NCBI GenBank assembly: GCA_050633685.1
Contig: JBOEHA010000023.1
Location: 29,514-93,513, forward strand
Direction of reading: 5' to 3'
Source: Neptuniibacter sp.
Lineage (GTDB): Bacteria > Pseudomonadota > Gammaproteobacteria > Pseudomonadales > Balneatricaceae
DNA: 64,000 nucleotides
Position numbers and translations under genes: made by a program
Shown here: in pieces, positions 9,185 to 19,385 of the stretch
How positions within the stretch are numbered: the stretch's first letter is position 1
How the letters are laid out: each line of letters starts with the position of its first letter
The notes under the pieces: generated by a model
Told to the model about the DNA's origin: nothing
The model's database searches: none
What the model saw: only the letters and a program-made list of their open reading frames with translations

Positions 9185-10879
9185 TTAGTGGGGCCTTATG
9201 GCCTGCTCTGCTTCCTGAAGGTATGGGTTTTCAGGATTGGTTTTTTTGCTTTTTTCCAGCAGTTCTCTGGCTTTTTCTTCCTGACCAGTAGCCCAGTATG
9301 TCTGAATCAAATGGCTGGAAACTTCTGGGTCGGCAAACATGGCGTGTGCTTTCTCCAGATAGGGTATGGCTTCCTGGTAGCGTTCCAGCTTGAATAAAGC
9401 CCAGCCCATCGAATCCAGAATGGCTGGGTCGTCAGGTTCTTTATCCAGTGCTGATTTGATCAGGTCGTAGGCTTCTTCATATCGATCAGTATGCAGTAGA
9501 AGTGTATAGCCGAGAGCATTTTTGACGGTCGCGTTGTCTGGCTCTCTTTCCAGAATGCGTTTGAAGTCTTGCTCCGCTTTGGAAAAATCTGAATCTTCAA
9601 TCAACATCGCTCGAGAATATAGGAGAGTCGTGTTGTCCGTATGAATGGCCAGGGCGTCTTCGAGTACGGTGAGTGCTTCCTCTTCGTAATTATGTAGATT
9701 GAGCCATTCAGTTTCTAGCGCAAATAGTCTTGGTGCCTGAGATGGCACAGACGCACGTGCATCTTTGAGGATCAGTTGTACTTTGTTTTTGTCTTCAGGT
9801 CGGTTTAATAATCCAGTAGCTCGAGATATTGATTGAAGTACGTTGCCGCCATGACGGACTCTGCTGTAATGCTCTACGGCTTTATTTATGTTGCCGCGAG
9901 CTTGTTCGATATGTCCCAGATAGTAATTAGGGGAGCTATCCTCTGGTTTCAGAGTAAACAGGCTTTTAAGAATTTTTTCTGCACTATCTAGCTGCTCGTT
10001 TTCGAGCATTAATAAAGCCAGATAGTAGGCTAGTTGATGATCGTTAGGGTGATTGGCTATCAGGGCTTCAGCTTGTTCGGTTGCGGAGACGTGTTTTTCA
10101 GTCTGAAACAACAGTTGGGAATATAACAGGTGAAGTTGACGGTCATCAGGGTTGTGTTCAAAGGCGGATTGCACCAATTCCGTCGCTTCATAGAGCCTGT
10201 CCATCTCCCTAAGCAGCTCGGCTTTGCGCATAACTGCTTCGATGTTTTTGGGGTTCAGAAGCAGAGTACTGTCAAAGGCTCTTAAAGCATCATTAAGTTT
10301 ACCCTGCGCTCTGTATAAAAGAGCCAGAGTTAATTCCAGATCTGCATTGGGTTTGTTTGTTTCGGCGTGCTCATTGAGCATTTGGATCAAGGCGGTAATC
10401 ACTTGATCTGAAATGTTGTTGCTTTGGGAACGAATTAAAGCCAGGGTGCGAGCATCATTATATCCCAGGGCCTTCTCTATTAAAGGAAGCGCTTCTTCAT
10501 ATTTGTTCTGGTGCAGAAGGATGCTGGCTTCGATCTGGTAAGGCTCAGGGTTTTCCGTATCGACTTCTTTCCATACGCTGGCTGCAGATCTGATTTTTTC
10601 GGCATCGCGCAAGTATTGGGCAATGCGGGTGGCTCTTTCTGCAACGGCAGGATCGCGGGTTTTTTTAGCTTGGGTCAGGTAATTTTCGAAAGCGATGGGA
10701 AACTGCCTGCGTTGCCCGGCGATTTCGGCAAGCAGCAGATCGTATAAAGATTCCTGATTGAATTCGCCAGCAATATAAGTGGCAGGCTCAACCGGTTTTT
10801 CAACCACCTTGCTGGAATTACTCGTGCATCCTTGCAGTACTAAAAGGAAGCAACTTATGAGTAGAAGTTTATTTTTCAT
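9185..10879 (-). CDS. TPR-repeat lipoprotein (PA4667-like) upstream of lolB
   Basis: Start moved to 10879 (MKNKLLLISCFLLVLQGC, lipobox); LYDLLLAEIAGQR, NALGYTL, AILDSMGWALFK TPR motifs. Confidence 0.85.
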   Translation of the reverse strand: MKNKLLLISCFLLVLQGCTSNSSKVVEKPVEPATYIAGEFNQESLYDLLLAEIAGQRRQFPIAFENYLTQAKKTRDPAVAERATRIAQYLRDAEKIRSAASVWKEVDTENPEPYQIEASILLHQNKYEEALPLIEKALGYNDARTLALIRSQSNNISDQVITALIQMLNEHAETNKPNADLELTLALLYRAQGKLNDALRAFDSTLLLNPKNIEAVMRKAELLREMDRLYEATELVQSAFEHNPDDRQLHLLYSQLLFQTEKHVSATEQAEALIANHPNDHQLAYYLALLMLENEQLDSAEKILKSLFTLKPEDSSPNYYLGHIEQARGNINKAVEHYSRVRHGGNVLQSISRATGLLNRPEDKNKVQLILKDARASVPSQAPRLFALETEWLNLHNYEEEALTVLEDALAIHTDNTTLLYSRAMLIEDSDFSKAEQDFKRILEREPDNATVKNALGYTLLLHTDRYEEAYDLIKSALDKEPDDPAILDSMGWALFKLERYQEAIPYLEKAHAMFADPEVSSHLIQTYWATGQEEKARELLEKSKKTNPENPYLQEAEQAIRPH

Positions 10880-11106
10880 GAAAACCTGCAATTTTACTCT
10901 GACATCCCTGCTGTTTGGGTCACTATAGATGAATAAAGTGGCGCTTGTCAGTACATATGGGTAGTTTACCTTTATATATGGCAACCATATATTGAATTAA
11001 GTTCCAGGATTTGACCTGAGTTTTTTAACCTTTGAGGCAAAGCGTTGTATCATAGCGCGCTAATTTGGTTATGGGCTTCGAAAGCTCTCATAGTTTGGCG
11101 GTAGTA

Positions 11107-12381
11107 ATGGCGTTATTGGCACTTGGCATAAATCACAAAACAGCTCCGGTTGATGTGCGCGAACGGGTTGCGTTTGCACCTGAGTCGATGGCTGAAGCTA
11201 TGCGTGCGGCTAAAGTGTCTGCTGATCTTAAAGAGATCGCCATTCTTTCTACCTGCAACCGAACAGAATTGTATTGCTCTTCAAAACTTGAAGGTTCCCG
11301 GGCTCTATTAGAATGGCTCGGTGAATATCATGGTCTTGATCCGGCTCAGTTGCAGGGTTGTTCCTATGCTTTCTGGGATGAGGATGCTGCTCGCCATATG
11401 ATGCGTGTAGCCAGTGGTCTGGATTCTCTTGTGTTAGGTGAACCTCAGATTCTGGGGCAATTAAAATCAGCCTACAGTGTTTCTCAGGAAAATGGCCATG
11501 TGGGCGCTGAGCTTGGGCGTTTGTTTCAGCAGGCCTTTTCAGTTGCCAAACAGGTAAGAACCGATACGGCGATTGGAGAAAACCCGGTTTCTGTTGCCTA
11601 TGCAGCAGTCAGTCTTGCTCAGCATATTTTTGCGGAAATGAGCACCAGTAAGGCTTTGCTGATCGGCGCAGGAGAAACTATAGAACTGGTTGCCAGGCAC
11701 CTGTCGCAAGCAGGAGTTAAAGAGATTACCGTCGCTAACCGGACGTTGAACCGAGCGCTGGCACTGGCCGAGGAGTTTTCCGGTAAAGCGATTCTGCTGG
11801 GGGATATACCTGAAGCGTTAGCGGATGCGGATATTGTTATCGCTTCTACCGCCAGTCAGTTACCAATTTTGGGTAAAGGTGCGGTCGAGTCAGCGCTGAA
11901 AAAGCGTAAACATCGTCCGATCTTTATGGTGGATATTGCGGTACCTCGGGATATTGAAGCCGAGGTTGGTGAGCTGGATGATGTTTACCTTTATACCGTT
12001 GATGATCTCAAAGAGGTTATCGAAGAAAATCAGCGTACTCGTGAGACTGCGGCACAACAAGCGGAAGAGATAATCGAGAGTGGTGCGCATGACTTTATGC
12101 GTCAGTTGCGCTCATTGGATGCGGTTGATGTTCTTACCTTGTTCAGGGGTCAGGCTGAATCGCTTAGGGATCAGGAACTCGATAAAGCACTGAAACAACT
12201 TGAAAATGGTAAACCTGCCGAAGAAGTAATCGCGATGCTGGCACGGGGTTTGACCAATAAAATGCTCCATCACCCGACGATCCAGATGCGTAAAGCAAGT
12301 GCAGATGGCCGCGGTGATCTGCTAGAACTGGTGCAGGAACTGTATCAGTTGAGCGAATTTTCCAAAAACGAGAAGAAATGA
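11107..12381 (+). CDS. hemA: Glutamyl-tRNA reductase
   Basis: [44 protein letters not shown]; start moved to the ATG at 11107. Confidence 0.97.
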   Translation: MALLALGINHKTAPVDVRERVAFAPESMAEAMRAAKVSADLKEIAILSTCNRTELYCSSKLEGSRALLEWLGEYHGLDPAQLQGCSYAFWDEDAARHMMRVASGLDSLVLGEPQILGQLKSAYSVSQENGHVGAELGRLFQQAFSVAKQVRTDTAIGENPVSVAYAAVSLAQHIFAEMSTSKALLIGAGETIELVARHLSQAGVKEITVANRTLNRALALAEEFSGKAILLGDIPEALADADIVIASTASQLPILGKGAVESALKKRKHRPIFMVDIAVPRDIEAEVGELDDVYLYTVDDLKEVIEENQRTRETAAQQAEEIIESGAHDFMRQLRSLDAVDVLTLFRGQAESLRDQELDKALKQLENGKPAEEVIAMLARGLTNKMLHHPTIQMRKASADGRGDLLELVQELYQLSEFSKNEKK

Positions 12382-13466
12382 AAGAATCAATTTTAAATAA
12401 GCTGGAAAAGCTCAGTGATCGTTATGAAGAGCTTGCCGCTTTGCTGTCGGATGCTGAAGTAATATCTGATCAGAATAAATTCCGTGATTATTCGATGGAA
12501 TATTCTGAACTGGAACCGGTAGTGCAATCTTTCTCTGCATATCAGCAGGCGAAAGAAGATCTGGAAGAAGCCGAGATGATGATGGCTGACAGTGATCCGG
12601 ATATGCGAGAGATGGCTAAGGAAGAATATCCTTCTGTAAAAAGCCGGATAGAAGAGTTGGAAGCCGATCTTCAGATCCTGCTATTACCTAAAGATCCGAA
12701 TGATTCGCGTAATGCCTTTCTGGAAGTTCGTGCCGGTACTGGTGGTGACGAGGCTGCAATCTTTGCTGGTGATCTGTTTCGTATGTATTCCCGTTATGCG
12801 GAAACTCAGGGTTGGCGTGTTGAAATTGTCAGTGCCAATGAAGGTGAGCACGGCGGCTATAAAGAGGTTATTTCCAGAATCGTCGGAACCAATGTGTATT
12901 CCCAGTTAAAGTTTGAATCTGGCGCGCACCGGGTGCAGCGGGTTCCGGAAACTGAATCGCAAGGGCGTATCCATACATCGGCCTGTACTGTCGCAATTAT
13001 GGCTGAGATGGATGAGTCTGCAGAAATTGAAATTAACAAAGCTGATCTGCGTGTGGATACCTTCCGGGCATCGGGCGCGGGTGGTCAGCATGTCAACAAA
13101 ACAGACTCGGCTATTCGACTGACCCATATCCCTACGGGGGTAGTTGTTGAGTGTCAGGAAGAACGTTCGCAGCATAAAAACCGGGCCAAAGCGATGTCGC
13201 TTCTGGCTTCCAGGCTTCAAGCTGCAGAGCAGGAACGTCAGGCGGCTGAGATGGCTAACACGCGTAAGAGCCTTGTTGGTAGTGGAGATCGTTCGGAAAG
13301 GATCCGAACCTATAACTATCCACAGGGACGGGTGACCGATCATCGTATCAACCTGACTCTATATAAGCTGCAAGAGGTTGTTGCAGGTGAGTTGCAGCAT
13401 ATTATTGAACCACTTCTTAATGAGTACCAGGCAGAACAGCTAGGTGCGTTGTCTGAAGAGAGTTAA
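12378..13466 (+). CDS. prfA: Peptide chain release factor 1
   Basis: [12 protein letters not shown] (PxT), [30 protein letters not shown]. Confidence 0.97.
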   Translation: MKESILNKLEKLSDRYEELAALLSDAEVISDQNKFRDYSMEYSELEPVVQSFSAYQQAKEDLEEAEMMMADSDPDMREMAKEEYPSVKSRIEELEADLQILLLPKDPNDSRNAFLEVRAGTGGDEAAIFAGDLFRMYSRYAETQGWRVEIVSANEGEHGGYKEVISRIVGTNVYSQLKFESGAHRVQRVPETESQGRIHTSACTVAIMAEMDESAEIEINKADLRVDTFRASGAGGQHVNKTDSAIRLTHIPTGVVVECQEERSQHKNRAKAMSLLASRLQAAEQERQAAEMANTRKSLVGSGDRSERIRTYNYPQGRVTDHRINLTLYKLQEVVAGELQHIIEPLLNEYQAEQLGALSEES

Positions 13467-13502
13467 CTGTCAGATTCAGGGCCTTTAATGGCCCTTTTTA
13501 TT

Positions 13503-14339
13503 ATGCAGATCCAAGATATATTAAAGCTCAGTCAGCGACTGGAAAAAGTCAGCGAATCACCGCAGCTTGATCTGGAATTGATGTTATGTCACTTGTTGGA
13601 TCGGCCTTCCAGTTACTTATACACCTGGCCGGAAAAACAACTGGATCCGGACGTAACAGATTCTTTATTGAAGATGTTAGAGCGCCGAGAGCAGGGCGAG
13701 CCTGTGGCTCATATTATCGGCCATCGTGGTTTCTGGAGCTTTGACCTGGAAGTCTCTCCGCATACATTGATACCCCGTCCAGATACAGAGGTTCTTGTTG
13801 AAAAGGCGCTTGAGCTTTGTGACGTTGAAAATGCACGAGTTGCAGATCTAGGCACCGGGACGGGAGCTATTGCCCTGGCTTTGGCAAAAGAGCATCCGGT
13901 TTGGCAGGTGGTCGCTTCAGACTATGTGCAGCCGGCGGCTGAGTTGGCAGAGCGTAACCGCCAGAGATTGCATCTGAATAATGTCAAAGTTGTTCAAGGT
14001 AGTTGGTTCGAGCCTCATTCAGGTCTGTATGACCTGGTCGTCAGTAATCCTCCGTATATAGACCCTGAAGATCAGCATTTGCAGCAGGGGGATGTTCGTT
14101 ATGAGCCGATCAGCGCTCTTGTGGCTGATAATAAAGGTATGGCGGATATTGAGCTGATCAGTGATCAAGCGAGAAGTTTCTTGTCTCCCGGAGGCTGGCT
14201 TTTGTTTGAGCATGGCTATGATCAGGGTGATAAAAGCAGACAGTTATTGCAAAAGCTGGGCTACAAACAAGTGGATACCTGTCGAGACTATGGGCAGAAT
14301 GAGCGTGTGACTTTTGGTTGCTGGTGCCCGCAAGAGTGA
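13503..14339 (+). CDS. prmC: Release factor glutamine methyltransferase
   Basis: GEPVAHIIG, TLIPRPDTE, DLGTGTGAIA, VSNPPYI. Confidence 0.96.
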   Translation: MQIQDILKLSQRLEKVSESPQLDLELMLCHLLDRPSSYLYTWPEKQLDPDVTDSLLKMLERREQGEPVAHIIGHRGFWSFDLEVSPHTLIPRPDTEVLVEKALELCDVENARVADLGTGTGAIALALAKEHPVWQVVASDYVQPAAELAERNRQRLHLNNVKVVQGSWFEPHSGLYDLVVSNPPYIDPEDQHLQQGDVRYEPISALVADNKGMADIELISDQARSFLSPGGWLLFEHGYDQGDKSRQLLQKLGYKQVDTCRDYGQNERVTFGCWCPQE

Positions 14340-14350
14340 AGGAGAATGAA

Positions 14351-15109
14351 ATGCTGAGTGATGAGCAGCTATTACGCTACAGCCGTCAGATTATGTTGCC
14401 TGATGTTGAAATTAATGGTCAGGAAACCTGGTTGAATTCCTGTGTTCTGGTATTAGGTCTGGGCGGACTCGGCAGTCCTGTAGCGATGTACTTGGCAGCG
14501 GCTGGTATCGGTGAGTTGGTGCTGGTGGATGACGACGAGGTAGAGCTTTCGAATTTACAGCGCCAGATTGCCCATCACAGCAAGCGTATTGGGCAGCCAA
14601 AAGTTGATTCCGCAAGAAACACGGTTGCTGCTTTAAATCCTGATGTGAAAGTCAGAACCCTGTTTTCTCGGCTCAGCGAAGAAGAGTTAACCAGTCTGGT
14701 GGCGACTGTTGATCTGGTAGTAGATTGCACAGATAACTTCTCAACCCGTTTTGCAATCAATAGAGCTTGTTTCAAGCATAAAAAACCTTTGGTTTCTGGT
14801 GCGGCAATTCGTATGGAAGGTCAGATTGCGGTTTATGATCCTGTAAATCCGGAGTCCCCTTGTTATCAATGCCTTTATAAAGAAGGTGAAGATGAGGATT
14901 TGACCTGTTCAGAATCCGGTGTTTTATCGCCCGTGGTGGGCATTATTGGATCTATTCAGGCGCTTGAAGCGTTGAAGGTTCTGGCCTCTGTAGGCAAAAC
15001 ACTGGCAGGTCGGTTAATGCTGCTGGATGCGAAAACCATGGAGTGGAGGACGTTAAAGCTACGCAAAGATCCAAAGTGTCCGGTTTGTTCTGGTGTTTCT
15101 AATAGCTGA
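14351..15109 (+). CDS. moeB: MoeB/ThiF family adenylyltransferase
   Basis: RYSRQI, GLGGLGSP, SNLQRQ, DCTDNF, two CxxC motifs (CYQC, CPVC); follows prmC as in Pseudomonas. Confidence 0.85.
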   Translation: MLSDEQLLRYSRQIMLPDVEINGQETWLNSCVLVLGLGGLGSPVAMYLAAAGIGELVLVDDDEVELSNLQRQIAHHSKRIGQPKVDSARNTVAALNPDVKVRTLFSRLSEEELTSLVATVDLVVDCTDNFSTRFAINRACFKHKKPLVSGAAIRMEGQIAVYDPVNPESPCYQCLYKEGEDEDLTCSESGVLSPVVGIIGSIQALEALKVLASVGKTLAGRLMLLDAKTMEWRTLKLRKDPKCPVCSGVSNS

Positions 15110-15123
15110 GTTGTTTGGCTGTG

Positions 15124-15720
15124 TTAGGTTAAAAACATCTGTCGAATTTTCAGATCCTCAACGCACTTCTCCGCGTATCTGATGATCTCTTCCTCATATC
15201 CTCTGCTGTTAATATCTTCAGGCAAAATTGCGCCGGAATTGAACAGGAAATTGATCAGCGGGAGTTCGCCCCTGCTTAGAGCGCAGTGAACAGTGTCGTC
15301 TGTAATCTCAGCCCCATTTTGAAGTAGCAGTGAAATGTGAAGCATCAACTGATTCGGCGCGCATTGGTTGAAGCAGTCTTTGAGTAATGCCTGACAGTCG
15401 TGGTTCTGTCCGGTTTCCAATAGGGATGTCAGTAAGGTGAGGCTGTTTTCCCTTTGAAGCGCTAGTTCGTATAAGCTCAAATCTGGTTGGTTCTTTGATT
15501 GTTGATCCGGAGATCCACCATTTTGTAGAACCAGTTTTAATGCTTTTGCGGACTCCTGCAGTATGCAGAACTCTGTCAGTGTGGGGAGAGTTTCTGAAAC
15601 CGGCTGGTTTATTTCGTTCGTACCGAACTTCTTCAGCAATTTACTTAGCTGTTCAAGGTTATCAGACTCTATTGCTTTGCAGGCTTTGGCGAGTCGGTCT
15701 GATTTAAATAAGTTCAGCAT
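15124..15720 (-). CDS. Hypothetical protein with degenerate ankyrin-like repeats
   Basis: Repeated A..G/N....LL..GA segments (LKLVLQNGGSPD, ISLLLQNGAEI, INFLFNSGA). Confidence 0.55.
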   Translation of the reverse strand: MLNLFKSDRLAKACKAIESDNLEQLSKLLKKFGTNEINQPVSETLPTLTEFCILQESAKALKLVLQNGGSPDQQSKNQPDLSLYELALQRENSLTLLTSLLETGQNHDCQALLKDCFNQCAPNQLMLHISLLLQNGAEITDDTVHCALSRGELPLINFLFNSGAILPEDINSRGYEEEIIRYAEKCVEDLKIRQMFLT

Positions 15721-15756
15721 ATTTGGTGTAGTCCATTTCTTGCTTATGAGCCTTAA

Positions 15757-16713
15757 TTAGATAACCCCTAGCACTCTCATTATGTAGATGCCGCCACTGA
15801 GTGTAAGAACAGAGCCGAGGGTTGTCATCAGAATAATATTTGCTGCCAGTTCAGCATTACCTCCCATCGCCTTGGCCATAACAAAGCTGGCCGCTGCCGT
15901 TGGGCAGCCGAACAGTATCATTAACATGGTCAGGTCTTGTCCACGGAAACCGTATAACCACGCTGCAATTGTAAGGCTGAAAGGCAAAATGATTAACTTC
16001 GCAATAGTTGCCCATGTTGCTGGAGCTGAAGTGTTGCGCAAACTGGCAAGGTTGAGCGACCCGCCTATCGCCAACAGTGCCAGGGGGAGGGTAAGGTTGG
16101 CAAAATAACGTCCGGTTTTTTGCACTAGTTCAGGGAGCTGAAAACCGAAATAAGAGAATGGCAAAGCCAACAATACAGCGATGATAAGCGGGTTTTTCAG
16201 TATTTCTAAGACCGTACTGGATAAGCTGGATGATCCACTGCGATGCGCAGGTATGGTCAAGGCGACGATTGAGAGCACGTTAAACAGAGGGATTACCAGA
16301 GCCAAAAGAATTGAGGCTTGCGCGAGGCCAGAGTCGGAAAATAGGTTGAAACTAACCGCGAGGCCGATAATCCCATAGTTACTTCTGAATGCACCTTGTA
16401 TGAAAACACCAAGGTCTTCAGGCTTCTTAATCCAGTGCTTGGCCGACAGCCAAAGGCCGACGAAGCTGAGTAGGGTTCCGCCAATAACAAAACTGAGTTG
16501 GTGGGGGTTAAAAACAGCGTGAAAATCAGTACGCGAAATCGACATGAATACCAGTGCTGGTAGCGTCACCATGAAAACCAGCTTTGATGCGGTATTTATA
16601 AACGCGTCATCAATCAGGTGGATGCGTTTAAGCAGATAGCCAAGAAAAACTATAAAAAAGATAGGGGCGACAATATCTGCTGTGAAGATTAAAGATTGAA
16701 GGTATAGATCCAC
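15757..16713 (-). CDS. AEC (auxin efflux carrier) family transporter
   Basis: About 10 hydrophobic segments; APIFFIVFLGY, V.LPAL, SNYGIIG, NPLIIA, PTAAASFVMA. Confidence 0.88.
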   Translation of the reverse strand: MDLYLQSLIFTADIVAPIFFIVFLGYLLKRIHLIDDAFINTASKLVFMVTLPALVFMSISRTDFHAVFNPHQLSFVIGGTLLSFVGLWLSAKHWIKKPEDLGVFIQGAFRSNYGIIGLAVSFNLFSDSGLAQASILLALVIPLFNVLSIVALTIPAHRSGSSSLSSTVLEILKNPLIIAVLLALPFSYFGFQLPELVQKTGRYFANLTLPLALLAIGGSLNLASLRNTSAPATWATIAKLIILPFSLTIAAWLYGFRGQDLTMLMILFGCPTAAASFVMAKAMGGNAELAANIILMTTLGSVLTLSGGIYIMRVLGVI

Positions 16714-16759
16714 GCTTGATCCTGCAAAAGGGTGATGTTACAGCGTATTCTGTTGCTGA

Positions 16760-17266
16760 TTATGCTGGGAATGTTTGGTGTTTTTTTGGGTAATCAAACA
16801 GCTCAATTGTACCACAGCCCTCGGCCAGCTCTTGCCAGTTTTTGATGCTCAGGTGGATATGCATAACTGCAGCGGTAGGGAACTTTGTTACATGTTGTTG
16901 GCAGAGATAGAAACCCAGCGTTTCCAGGCCAGGATTGTGACCTACCAGCATTAGATGCCGGGCGTGGTCGGGGCAGTTTTGCAACAGGTACAGTAGGGTT
17001 TCACTACAGGACTCGTAAACTTCAGGCTGTATTACAAAGTTGTCTTCAGATATTTTCAGACGTTTTTGTATTGCGGTGGCAGTGGTGAGGGCTCTTCTCG
17101 CGCCGCTGGTTATGATTAGGTCAGGAATGATTTGCTGAAGGTACAGGCGTTCAGCCATCTCGGGTAAATCGTTTTTTCCGCGTTTGTTGAGTGGTCGATC
17201 GAAATCAGTCAGGTCTGGATCTTTCCAGCTGGATTTAGCATGTCGAACGAGGGTGAGATGTTTCAT
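16760..17266 (-). CDS. sixA: SixA-type phosphohistidine phosphatase
   Basis: LVRHAKSSW, DFDRPLNKRG, LVGHNPG. Confidence 0.8.
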   Translation of the reverse strand: MKHLTLVRHAKSSWKDPDLTDFDRPLNKRGKNDLPEMAERLYLQQIIPDLIITSGARRALTTATAIQKRLKISEDNFVIQPEVYESCSETLLYLLQNCPDHARHLMLVGHNPGLETLGFYLCQQHVTKFPTAAVMHIHLSIKNWQELAEGCGTIELFDYPKKHQTFPA

Positions 17267-17364
17267 GGTGTAAATCCATTCTTTGGAAGATGTAATTCAA
17301 GTATTGAGGGCGTTTGCCTGAATAGCGAATCTTAATTCAATCTTATGGCGATAAAATGAAAAAG

Positions 17365-17543
17365 CATCCAGAGAGCGTGCAGATTCCCCTTCAAAAAAGC
17401 ATTCAGCTTTGGCGAATAATAGGCGGATTCTCCCCGCTGTAATTGATCTGCAGGCTCTCAGTGGGGTGTTTTTTCTTACAAGCCTATAAACAATAACGCC
17501 GCACAGCGCTTATGGCTTGATTCCTTGAAAACACCCCTGGATG
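17365..17543. other. Unassigned ~180-nt structured intergenic element (three-way junction)
   Basis: CATCCA/TGGATG closing stem; GAGAGC-g-TGCAGAT/ATCTGCA-g-GCTCTC arm; GGGGTGTTTT/AAAACACCCC arm with inner CAAGCC/GGCTTG stem. Confidence 0.5.
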
Positions 17544-17564
17544 AAAAAGGGTTATCCTTAACCC
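17544..17564 (-). terminator. Rho-independent terminator overlapping the CoA-transferase stop codon
   Basis: Minus strand GGGTTA-AGGA-TAACCC-TTTTT. Confidence 0.6.
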
Positions 17565-19216
17565 GCTGAAACTGTAGGTAACGCAGAAAGTGGCGCTTCT
17601 TGTTCGTTGTGTTGTAGGACTTTTTTCATCAGCGAGCGCATTTGGGCCATAGGTCTGCTGCCGGGATGATCCAGTCGCATTGGGCTGTCGCGGAATATGC
17701 GGTGGTCCATTGGCTGAAGGTCATCATCAATAAGGGGTCTGAAATCCATTTGGTCCAGAATGTCTTTTTGCAGGTCGATCCCTGGCGCAATTTCAGTCAG
17801 TTTTATGCCTGCAGGAGTCAGCTTAAATACAGCTCTTTCAGTAATAAACATCACATTTTGTTGGCAACTCATGGCATATTCGCCGTTGAATGTTATCTGC
17901 TCAACTGACTTTTTGAATTTTCTTAATGGGCCGTTCTTAATGATTTTTAGCCCTTGATCAGAGATTTCTATTTCCTGTTTTCCTGACGTAAAAGTGCCAA
18001 GAAAATAAACATCTTGGGTGTTTTGAGTAATGTTGATAAAGCCGCCGCAGCCAGCAAGTTTAGGGCCGAACTTGCTGACGTTTACATGCCCTTCCATGCA
18101 GGTTTCAGCTAAGCCTAAAAATGCCTGATCCAGCCCGCCACCGTCATAGAAATCAAATTGGGCAGGTTGATCGACTATGCAGTCCGCATTGCTGACAGCG
18201 CCAAAACTCAAGCCGCTGGCGGGTTGGCCTCCAATGCCGCCGGGTTCGACGGTCAAAGTGAAATCATCAATTTTATTCTCTTCTGCAGCGACATCGGTAA
18301 TGGCTTCAGGCATTCCGATACCTAAGTTTACAATCGAATTTTTCCCAAGTTCCATCAGCGCGCGGCGGGCGATGATTTTGCGGACATTCATTGGCATGGG
18401 TTCGGTTTTGTTACTGGCGAGTCTTATATCTCCGGTGTAGGAAGGGTTAAAGTTTTCAGCAAATGTTTGTGGGTGATCTTCAGGGGAGGCGACTACAACA
18501 TGATCCACTAAGATGCCAGGGATTCGGATGCGATCCGGTGTCAGCTTATGTTGAGCGGTTATCTGCTCAACCTGAACAAGCACCAATCCGCCGCTGTTTT
18601 TTACGGCTTGCGCTATGGAAAGGGCCTCAAGGGGGAGGGCTTCCCTTTCCATAGAAATATTTCCTTTCTCATCGGCTGTAGTGCCGCGAAGCAAAGCAAC
18701 GTTCACCGGTATGTGTTTATAGAGTAGAGCTTCTTCGCCGTTGATGTCGAAAAGCTGAACCAGATCTTCTTTGCTCAGATTGTTGACCTTGCCGCCTTCA
18801 ATGCGAGGGTCAACAAAGGTATGTAGGCCAACTTTTGAAAAAGTACCGGGTTTGCCTGCCGCAATGTCGCGGAACATATGGCAGATAACCCCTTGTGGTA
18901 GGTTGTAGCCTTCTATTTTGTTCTCAATAGCCAGTTTGCCAAGTGAGGGAGCTAGCCCCCAGTGACCTCCGACTACTCTTCTGACCATGCCCTCGTGGCC
19001 GAAGTGATTTAGACCACAGCCGCATGCATCGCCCTGACCGGCGGCATAGAAGAGGCAAAGATTGTTGGGTTGCCCGGAGTTGAGAAAACGTTGCTCAATG
19101 GCTTTGGAGAGTGATTCGGCAAAACCGATACCAATAAAACCGCCTGTGACTATTGTGTCGTTTGATTTTACCAGCGAGGCTGCTTGTTCTGCAGAGATAA
19201 CTTTGCTTTGTTTCAT
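17558..19216 (-). CDS. Single-chain acyl-CoA:acetate CoA-transferase (YdiF/Pct family)
   Basis: GGFIGIG, GGHWG, YNLPQG, GLHTFVDPR, VNLGIGMP, catalytic Glu context TVEPGG, GGFINITQ, TERAVF. Confidence 0.9.
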   Translation of the reverse strand: MKQSKVISAEQAASLVKSNDTIVTGGFIGIGFAESLSKAIEQRFLNSGQPNNLCLFYAAGQGDACGCGLNHFGHEGMVRRVVGGHWGLAPSLGKLAIENKIEGYNLPQGVICHMFRDIAAGKPGTFSKVGLHTFVDPRIEGGKVNNLSKEDLVQLFDINGEEALLYKHIPVNVALLRGTTADEKGNISMEREALPLEALSIAQAVKNSGGLVLVQVEQITAQHKLTPDRIRIPGILVDHVVVASPEDHPQTFAENFNPSYTGDIRLASNKTEPMPMNVRKIIARRALMELGKNSIVNLGIGMPEAITDVAAEENKIDDFTLTVEPGGIGGQPASGLSFGAVSNADCIVDQPAQFDFYDGGGLDQAFLGLAETCMEGHVNVSKFGPKLAGCGGFINITQNTQDVYFLGTFTSGKQEIEISDQGLKIIKNGPLRKFKKSVEQITFNGEYAMSCQQNVMFITERAVFKLTPAGIKLTEIAPGIDLQKDILDQMDFRPLIDDDLQPMDHRIFRDSPMRLDHPGSRPMAQMRSLMKKVLQHNEQEAPLSALPTVSAG

Positions 19217-19253
19217 GGCTGTATCACTTATTATTTTTAGTGATTCTTAACTA

Positions 19254-19270
19254 AGCAATTGTACTTCCAG
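19254..19270 (-). promoter_or_regulatory. sigma54 (-24/-12) promoter of the CoA-transferase
   Basis: CTGGAAGTACAATTGCT = GG-N10-GC, about 40 nt upstream of the ATG. Confidence 0.75.
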
Positions 19271-19333
19271 TTTTTAAAAATCTTTATTAAACAATAGGTA
19301 AGCAGGTTTTCAGGGTTTGAGATGAAGACAGTG

Positions 19334-19383
19334 TGTCTATTTTGTTGGACAGTCCTGTAGCTGCACGTCTTTTATAATAGACA
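19334..19383. promoter_or_regulatory. Two candidate upstream activator sites
   Basis: TGTCT-N8-GGACA (19334-19351) and CGTCT-N8-AGACA (19366-19383), 32 bp apart. Confidence 0.6.
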
Positions 19384-19385
19384 GT

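Noticed and set aside
11097-11108. GGCGGTAG resembling an RfaH ops element before hemA
   Set aside because: The downstream TG of the consensus is not matched, and the sequence is explained as the hemA ribosome-binding region
17440-17543. GGGGTG...CTGAGA on the minus strand suggesting a TPP riboswitch; GAGAG/CTCTCAG suggesting a glycine riboswitch
   Set aside because: Order and pairing of the conserved segments are wrong (CACCCC precedes CTGAGA; no CCGAAG or GAUAAU core), and the adjacent genes are unrelated; kept as an unassigned structure
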